Below are positions 56,755 through 64,000 of a stretch of DNA of 64,000 bases, in pieces. The stretch is taken from assembly GCF_000281045.1 (NCBI RefSeq), contig NW_008246071.1, positions 1,135,293-1,199,292 on the forward strand, read 5' to 3'. How positions within the stretch are numbered: the first letter of the stretch is position 1; the number at the start of each line of letters is the position of its first letter. The DNA is from Saprolegnia diclina VS20. Taxonomy: Eukaryota. Made by a program: the position numbers and the translations under genes. The notes beneath the pieces are model-generated. The model made no database searches and was not told the origin of the DNA. It saw only the letters and a program-made list of their open reading frames with translations.

Positions 56755-59097
56755 CTACACGCCCTTCTTCTTCTTCTTCTTGGCGTCGACGGCTGTGGTC
56801 TCGTGCAACAACCCAAGCGCTGCGTGCAGGAAGACTTGCTCAAAGGCCGCGGATTGAAGCTGGTCGAGGCGCCCGCCGCCGCCAAAATGACCGCCGTCTT
56901 CGCTGACGCGGAGCCAAATGTGGTCTGTCGGCGTCGCCGTGTTCTTGGCCCGAATCGCGTGCACGAGCTTGATGGGCTCCCAGTACTGCACGCGCATATC
57001 GTTCATCGAAGAGGTCAGGAGCATGCGCGGGTATGTCGTGTGGCGCTGGACGTTGTTCGTTGGCGCATACGAGCGCATGTAGTCTCGGACGACCAAGTCC
57101 TTCGGACAGCCCCACTCGTCGTACTCGTGGATCGTCAGCGGCAGCGACTCGTCGAGCATCGTGTCGAGAATATCCACAAAGGGTACATTGAGCACGAGGG
57201 CGCGGAAGAGGGTCGGGTATTCGTTCGCCATGTACCTACAACAAGCATCGATGCAGTGTCATGGACAAAGTGCTGCACCCCATGATGAGGCCACCGGCCG
57301 ACGTGCCTTTGCCCGCGAGCTTGGCTGACGAAGTGATCCCGTGCGTCAAGAGGTACGTGGCGCATGCATGGTAGTCGATGAACGTATTCTTCTTGGCGAG
57401 CTGTCGCCCGTTGGCGTGCCACTGGAGACCGAGCTCGCCGCCGCCGCGGACATGGGCAAAGGCGAGGACCCAGTTGCGCTCGAGCAAACTCAGGTGCTCG
57501 ACTTCGTACCCAAGCTCGAGGTTGGCACCGTAGGCGCCATAGCCCAGGAGCAGGGTCGGGTTGTTGCCGTCGTATACCACATCTTTGTGATGCACGAGCG
57601 TCATCGGAACGGAGGGGCCGTCGCTTTGGTCGACAAGCACGCGTCGGCAGACATACGATTGGCGCTCAAACGGCGCATGCGTCTCCTTGAGCGCATCGAG
57701 TTGCCCTAATTTGATACCTTGATACCAAAAGCTCATAAGCGTCACGTACGGGCCGCCATGTCGTAGTGGTAGACGATCTCGGGCACGAGCGGTGTCGACA
57801 AGGAAAACCGGACACTGGACGCGTGAAAGTCGCGGTTGATGCCGGCCATGAGCGAGCACACTGCGTGCTCCTTGGGCAGCGGCACAATGTGGTACGCACT
57901 TGGCTCGGCGAGCGGGCAAATGCGAACGCGCGGTAGCCCGTCGCACCGTTCGTAGAGCACAAGGTACTCTGCAAAGAGGTCCATGTCATCGATTTTGACA
58001 CCTACAACGTGGCTTGCGATGGGTGTCGCACTCGTACACTGTACCTGGAAGGTCGGGCAGCACGTCCACCCACGTGCCAGTGCCAATGGCTGTGTCGTCG
58101 AGCCGCACGATCTTGTAGTTGGCGGCCTACGCCGTGCATTCAAGCAGGGAAACGGGTTTGGTGGCGTACGTTGTCGGCGTTGGTGACAATGTAAAAGGCG
58201 CCGTCCGAGTGGTCGGCAAAGTAGTGCGTGTGGTCCTGGCGAGCACGCAGCGTGATCGGCCGGGCAGTCCTGTCGGACGCATCGAGCGCGTGGACCTCGG
58301 ACGACTGCTTGGAGTTGGCGTTGATCAAAACGAACTGTTGATCCTTGGTGAGCACCACGTCCAAGAAGACGCTCGGGTCGTGCTCGACATAGATCTACAG
58401 TATAAGTTGTGAGATGCAGAGATGCTGACTGGCGGCGACCAGCTCGTCCTGGGACGTTCCCGAGAGGGCGTGGCGATACACGTGGTGCGGGCGGTAGTAG
58501 GCGTCGGGCACCGTGTAGTACAAGCAGTTGGCCGTGCCCCATTCGATACTGCGCACGTTGCCATGCACACGCCGAGTTTGGCCTGTCGTGACGTTCTTGA
58601 CGAACGCTTCAAACTGCTCGTTGCCGTCGCGATCGGCCGTATACGCGAGGTACTTGCCGTCCGGTGAGACTTTAAAGACGGTCACTTGACCGCAGTCGAG
58701 AACGTTCGGGTCCAGAAGCACCTCCTCGACGCACGTCCCGAGGTGCTGCCGGTAGTAAATCGGGTAGTTGGACCGTGGAAGGTGCTTGAGATAGTACGCA
58801 TAGGCGCCAATCTGCTCAGGTATCGAGTGCTCCATCTCGCCCAAGTTGAGCCGTCCGCGCATCTCGAGGTACAGCGCGCGCTGGAACTTGCGGTGGGGCT
58901 GGCTCGCCTTCTTCCAGATGGCCTCTTCTGCCTACAGGAGCCATTCGCATGAGCGGATGCGGTTGATAGCAAGGGCGGACCTTTATGAATTGAGCTAGCT
59001 TCTTGCTCGTCGGATCGCGGAGCCACGCATGGGACGTCGAGGCCAAGAGCCGCGGCCGCAGTGCGCGTGGGAGCCACCGGCGTACTTGGTGGAGCAT
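56755..59097 (-). CDS. Oligopeptidase B / prolyl oligopeptidase family S9A, probable mitochondrial presequence (multi-exon)
   Basis: Catalytic triad in GTSAGG, NDMRVQYWE and GGHFGG; also YGAYG, HVRGGGELG, KKNTFIDY and EYDEWG, with an N-terminal beta-propeller (VSPDGKYLAY). Confidence 0.92.
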
Positions 59098-59682
59098 CTT
59101 CGCCAAATCTTATGGCCGCGCCCGATTGGTGATAAAATCGAATCGTTTTAGCCAATCCCATTGCGCTTGTGGTCATGTAGCTTCGAACTTCGTTGCTTCG
59201 ACTCATGGTGTCACTTGTTTCTCATGCTCGATGTCAATGCTCATCCCAAGTGCCAGGCAACACGAGAATCCTCGCGACAAGAACTTCTCCTCGTTCTTGC
59301 TGTTCAATATCTCCGACACGGTGCTTAGCCTCGGATATATTCAGTTGGCTCGAACTGCATCATATCTTAGTCTGAGTTTGCAGTTGCTCGTTGGTCGGTG
59401 CGGTAAGGTGAGCCAAAAGCCGTTGAGAAAGGCCGTCGAGTCGCTCGACGAAAAGTCTCGTATGACGAGATCCAACGGGCGCAAGGAGCCACCGACGCGC
59501 ATGATGCGTGGATGGCGTCACTGGCAGTCGCTAAGAGTGTGACCAGATCGACGTCGAACTCGGGCCTCGTTAGAGTCGAGCCGCAGCGGCGAATGGAAGA
59601 AGCACCTACCGCCGATCCGCACCCGTAGGTTGACCAATCACAGCGTGGGCCTCCATTTTGCACCATTACCGGTGCATTCTCG

Positions 59683-60843
59683 ATGCCATCCCTGATGCCG
59701 TCCGTGCTCGCCAAGGCGCGCAAGTCCAAGGACGACGCTTCAACAGCGCGGAAGCGAGCGCAGTCGCGGGCGTCGACGCAGCGCTGGCGGCAGAGCCAGC
59801 AGGTATGCGCTTGCCTGCAAGGTCAACAGCGTGATCCTCATGGCGGCTGTAGCAATCCGTGGCCGTGATGCGTCGACAAGTGGCCGAGCTCGAGGCGGCC
59901 CTCGCCGCCAAGCTCTTTCACGATCGAGACGCGGTGCTTCCGCCGGCGATGGAGCAGCTGATGGCGGCAAAGAAGTACTACGTGCACGAGAACATGCAGC
60001 TGCGCGCGGCTCTGCAAAAGTATCAAGCGCTCCTGAACCAGACGCTCCTTGTACGCGATCATCGACGCTCTCAGCGTATGCGTGATTTTGTTGCGATAGC
60101 CGCTCCTGCGCACGGTACAGCCCCTCGTCCTCGACGATGCATTTGTCCGCAGCGAGATTCGCCGTGCAAAACTGCAGCTGGACGCGCTCGAGTTGCGCAC
60201 AGGGTCGCACCTTGCGGGGCGACAGCTCCATGGCTGGAGCTGTGTGACCCACACACACAGCGACGCGGTCGTCTATGATATCCAGAAGCGTTTCCAGCAT
60301 GTTTCACTTCACGTCATTTCCAACCACATCTGGCACGTCTACCAAGACTCGGCGGCGTATGTCCAGCTTGCCGACTTGATCTTAGACCACGAGGTTGGTG
60401 ACTACTCGGTGTTACAGCCGCGGAGATGCGATCACGCCTTGTAGGTTCTGCGAAGGATCGGCGACAATGTGCTCGTCTTGCGCATCTCGACGTGGCTCCC
60501 GTCGCTCCAGCGAGCGATTCCCATGTACCTCGTGCTGTACCGCGAGATCGCACCATCGTCGTACTCGCTCTACGTGGCGACGCTGCGCCCCGACTTGACG
60601 CCGAGCCCCCATACGTTTGCGTATGCCGTTGGACCAACAAGGTGCGAGACTAAAACACCGTGTAGGTTCCTCGGCGTCGCGTCGCTGGACGGCTATGTAA
60701 GCTCGTGCAAAGGCGTCTACTCGCTCGTCGCCGGCAGCGTCGTGGACGCCGACTCGATCCTCGAGCAGATGATATTTTCGCACTGCCGCTTCGAAGCGCT
60801 TTTGAAAAGCAGCTTCAAGGACCTCCGTCTATGCGACCGATAG
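59683..60843 (+). CDS. Oomycete-type bZIP-like protein with putative START-like C-terminal domain (multi-exon)
   Basis: Basic region RKRAQSRASTQRWRQSQQ followed by a zipper (VMRRQVAELEAAL..ENMQLRAAL). Exons splice through to FEALLKSSFKDLRLCDR*. The C-terminal domain assignment is tentative. Confidence 0.6.
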
Positions 60844-61373
60844 CATGACAGGGTGCTGGCCATAAAGTAATCCCACCGCCGTACCGTACGCTCGTCGAAG
60901 GCGCCACATCAGCTTTTTCCAATGACATGCCAGCAGCCGCATGAGAAGAGCCATCGGTCGGGAGCTGCTCCGAAAGAGTCGGTCGCCGCCACCACCCAGA
61001 GCCGTCACCCACGCAGTCAAGCTTCGTCGGAAAGGAATGAGAAAGCATATCTTGAGAGCGCTGCACTGGCGCCACACCACTCAACGCTGGACTTCAGCAC
61101 GCGCTGGTCAGTGGCGATCTTTGCAGCCATCCTTGCAGCAATGCATGTGTTAGAGATTACGTGTGGATTATAACACTGTGGGATGTGCTTTGCAAAGACG
61201 CCTACTCTTGCCACCGGCCGCGCCAGCCATTCGCATCGCGCACTATGGCAAAGCGACGTCTCGGGGTCTGCGCTCGGCCGCCTCCTCCCGCGACGTCGGC
61301 GTGGCGACGTGGCGACGTGCTGTCGCGGCGAGTAGCTTCGTCCCTGCACTCCAAACCATCGAACAATACGCTG

Positions 61374-61405
61374 GGTATCCGGATACCGAAGGAGCGTATC
61401 CGGTT
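61374..61405. promoter_or_regulatory. 14-bp perfect palindrome GGTATCCGGATACC plus a second GTATCCGG upstream of the PKA gene
   Basis: Perfect palindrome at 61374-61387 and GTATCCGGTT at 61396-61405, upstream of the putative 5'-UTR exon and intron of the kinase gene. Confidence 0.55.
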
Positions 61406-61661
61406 GGGATATGGAATATCTTTTTTAAGGTTGCTCAACGAGGTGTTACAGTCAAAAGAAGTGTTTGCTGGAGGGGACCCCTCAAAGCGAAACTTCCCCG
61501 GCGACGGTCTCCTCCATCTTGGCGGCCAGGAAGACGACCCCACGGAAGACGACCCTCATCAGGTACGCGCGATGGCGCTTCCGGCTGCAGCAGGAGCATG
61601 GCTGCATGCAATATCCGCGATACGACAGATGGATGGCTCATGGTAGCTGTAGCGCGGAAGC

Positions 61662-62735
61662 ATGGACCTGCCGACGCGTGCGCTCATGCGCGCCAACTAC
61701 GACTCGTTCGACGTGCATGCGACGCTGGGCACGGGCACGTTTGGCCGCGTCCGGCTCGTAAAGCACAAGGAGAACAACACGTACTATGCGCTCAAGATCC
61801 TCAAGAAGTGCGAGATCGTGCGGCTGCAGCAGCTCCACCACATCAAGTGCGAAGTCGACATCCTCAGCAAGATTGACCACCCGTTCATCGTCAACTTTAT
61901 CGGCTCGTTCCAGGACGAGAAGCGATTGTACCTCATCCTCGAGTATGTGCCCGGCGGCGAGCTCTTTTCGTACTTGCGCCGCCAAGGCAAGCTCTCGGAC
62001 GAAGCGTCGCGCTACTACACGTCGCAGCTCGTGCTGGCGATCGGGTACCTCCACAGCCTCCACATTATTTACCGCGACTTGAAGCCCGAGAACCTCCTCA
62101 TCACGCAAGACGGCAGTATCAAGATCACGGACTTTGGGTTTGCAAAGCGCGTCGAGGACAAGACGTGGACACTCTGCGGCACGCCCGAGTACCTCGCGCC
62201 CGAGATCATTCAGAGCAAGGGCCACGGCAAGTCGGTCGACTGGTGGGCCATCGGCGTCTTGATATACGAAATGCTGGCAGGGTACGCGATCCTTCCACGA
62301 GACAACGCCATCTCATGCGCGACTAGGTACCCGCCGTTCTACGACGAGAACCCGTTTGGCATCTACCAAAAGATCCTCACGGGCAAAGTCGAGTACCCGA
62401 AATACATTGACAGCAAGGCCAAGGACCTGATAAAGAAGCTCTTGACGCACGATCGGACAAAGCGACTCGGTACGCGACGAGGACGATGCCAGGTTGCTCA
62501 TGCGTATGTAGGATGCCTGCGCAATGGCGCCGAGGACGTCAAGAAGCACAAGTACTTTGCCAACGTCATTTGGGACAATGTGATTGCAAAGAAGGACAAC
62601 CCGCCCTACTTGCCGCCGATCCAGGGGCCCGGCGACCACGGCAACTTTGACCAGTACCCCGAGTCAACGGAAGACACGGCCGTGGCGCTCACGGGCGACG
62701 ACAAGGCCGCGTTCGACGCGTTCAACATGTTTTAA
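61662..62735 (+). CDS. cAMP-dependent protein kinase catalytic subunit (PKA-C/PRKX-like; introns 62282-62326 and 62470-62511)
   Basis: LGTGTFGRV, YRDLKPEN, TDFGFAK, TWTLCGTPEYLAPE, GHGKSVDWW, the AGC tail GDHGNFDQYPE and a terminal FxxF. Confidence 0.95.
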   Translation: MDLPTRALMRANYDSFDVHATLGTGTFGRVRLVKHKENNTYYALKILKKCEIVRLQQLHHIKCEVDILSKIDHPFIVNFIGSFQDEKRLYLILEYVPGGELFSYLRRQGKLSDEASRYYTSQLVLAIGYLHSLHIIYRDLKPENLLITQDGSIKITDFGFAKRVEDKTWTLCGTPEYLAPEIIQSKGHGKSVDWWAIGVLIYEMLAGYAILPRDNAISCATRYPPFYDENPFGIYQKILTGKVEYPKYIDSKAKDLIKKLLTHDRTKRLGTRRGRCQVAHAYVGCLRNGAEDVKKHKYFANVIWDNVIAKKDNPPYLPPIQGPGDHGNFDQYPESTEDTAVALTGDDKAAFDAFNMF

Positions 62736-62854
62736 ACCGACGACGCGCGTCGTTCATGCTGTATCATTTACTAGCGAAAGATAGAGAGTAGTCCGCGTCT
62801 TCCGCGCCCCACCCTAAATAACCCATTTACGTCACACGTCGTTTCGAAACGTAC

Positions 62855-64000
62855 ATGGGCGCTGCGAGCTCGTCGCGACTGCTGGCGACGACCGAGGCCG
62901 CGCTGGCCGACGGCGCCGAGGTCCTCGACCTCTCGCACGAGCCGCTGCGCGTGCTGCCGCCCACGTTCATTGCGATGCTCTCGTATGGCGTGCAGCTCAA
63001 GGAGCTGCGGCTCTCGAGCGCTGGCCTCACGCAGCTGCCCGCGAGCTTTGGCCGTCTCGCCGCCCTCGAGTATGCACGCACATGTAGAGGCAGATGAGCC
63101 CAGTGCTATAGGCGTCTCGCGCTGGACCGCAACGCGCTCAAGGAACTGCCCATCTCGTTCCACGAACTCCGACGGCTCCGCGCGTTGGACGTGAGCTACA
63201 ACCAGCTGGCGTTGCTTCTGGTAGATCGCATGGGGTTCTTCGTCGGCCGCTATTCGATGATACTGTTGTAGGGCAACTTTTGCGACCTCGTCGAGCTCCA
63301 GCATCTCTGGTTGCACTCGAACAAGCTGACTGCGCTGCCCGACGCCTTTGGGAACCTCCAGGCGCTCACGACGCTCAGCGTGCAGAACAATGTGCTCGGG
63401 CGCCTCCCGTACTCGATCGTGCGGATACCAGGGTCCATAAACGCCGTCTTTGGCCCGCGCTCTGAGCGTTAGTAGGCTCCAAGTTGTCGACGCCAGCGAC
63501 AACCATATCATGGACCTTCCCGTCGAGTGGGAAACGTGCATGGCGCTGCGAACGCTTCGGCTCTCGCACAACCTCCTCAACAGCATCCCGACGGGGCTAT
63601 GGGACCTGCTTCAGCTCGAGACGCTGACGCTATCGCGTACGATCTTGTCTTTGTTGTCATATCTCGAGCACTCAGCAGACAACCGACTTGTGGAGCTCCC
63701 GCTGCCGACACCGGTCGCCCACCTGCCGAGCCTGACCAACCTCAGTGCGTCGAGTGAAATGTGGCTACGGCGCTGAGAATTGCGATGGCAGGTCTGAGCT
63801 ACAACCGCATCGACGCCCTTCCAGCATCGCTGCTGCAGATGCCCCGCGTCCAAGTGCTCACGTATACGCAAAACAAGTCTGCGAGCTGCCCGTGGATATG
63901 GAACTGATGAGAAGTAGACTGGCCACTGTCGACGACAACCTCTTTCGACTGGTCGATCTCGTCTTCCTCGATCTCTCGGAGAATAGCTTGGCGGTCCTGC
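62855..64000 (+). CDS. Leucine-rich repeat protein (SDS22/Shoc2-type repeats), 3'-partial, multi-exon
   Basis: MGAASS N-terminus (myristoylation-like) and 23-residue LRRs (LKELRLSSAGLTQLP, LQHLWLHSNKLTALPDAFGNL, LRTLRLSHNLLNSIP). Runs off the window end. Confidence 0.8.

Noticed and set aside
1..64000. tRNA, rRNA, snRNA genes or transposable elements
   Set aside because: By eye I found no T-loop/cloverleaf, rRNA or snRNA signature, and no transposase, RT or integrase motifs or terminal repeats. tRNAscan-SE, Infernal and RepeatMasker would be needed to exclude them fully.

Overview
Gene-dense, GC-rich (~60%) eukaryotic nuclear DNA with many 40-65 nt introns. An oomycete-type Inr/FPR core promoter and oomycete-typical domain architectures (START-FYVE-GAF, non-canonical bZIP, ankyrin family) point to an oomycete, probably Saprolegniales (inference). 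About 28 protein-coding genes can be reconstructed by hand splicing: PRP28 helicase, VDAC-like porin, three tandem paralogous multi-TM proteins, glycine cleavage T protein, START-FYVE-GAF protein, TPR-IQ-LRR protein, ArfGAP, RalGAP-alpha-like protein, cytochrome b561, PSMG2, several LRR proteins, ankyrin protein, Pgl-type lactonase, ET-C2H2 protein, kinesin, HEAT protein, mitochondrial EF-Ts, FKBP-TPR, SAP30-PHD protein, oligopeptidase B, bZIP and PKA catalytic subunit. I saw no rRNA, tRNA, CRISPR array or transposon. The most notable observations are: (1) a clear minor-spliceosome (U12) AT-AC intron splitting the kinesin HIPF|RDSK motif; (2) a palindromic (G/T)TATCCGGATA(C/A) motif clustered upstream of many genes; (3) an uncharacterised tandem triplet of receptor-like membrane proteins; (4) unusual domain fusions (RGS inside RalGAP-alpha, SAP30 Sin3-binding domain plus ING-type PHD, ET domain plus C2H2 fingers). 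All family assignments come from motif recognition by eye; no database search was run, and internal exon boundaries are only partly verified.
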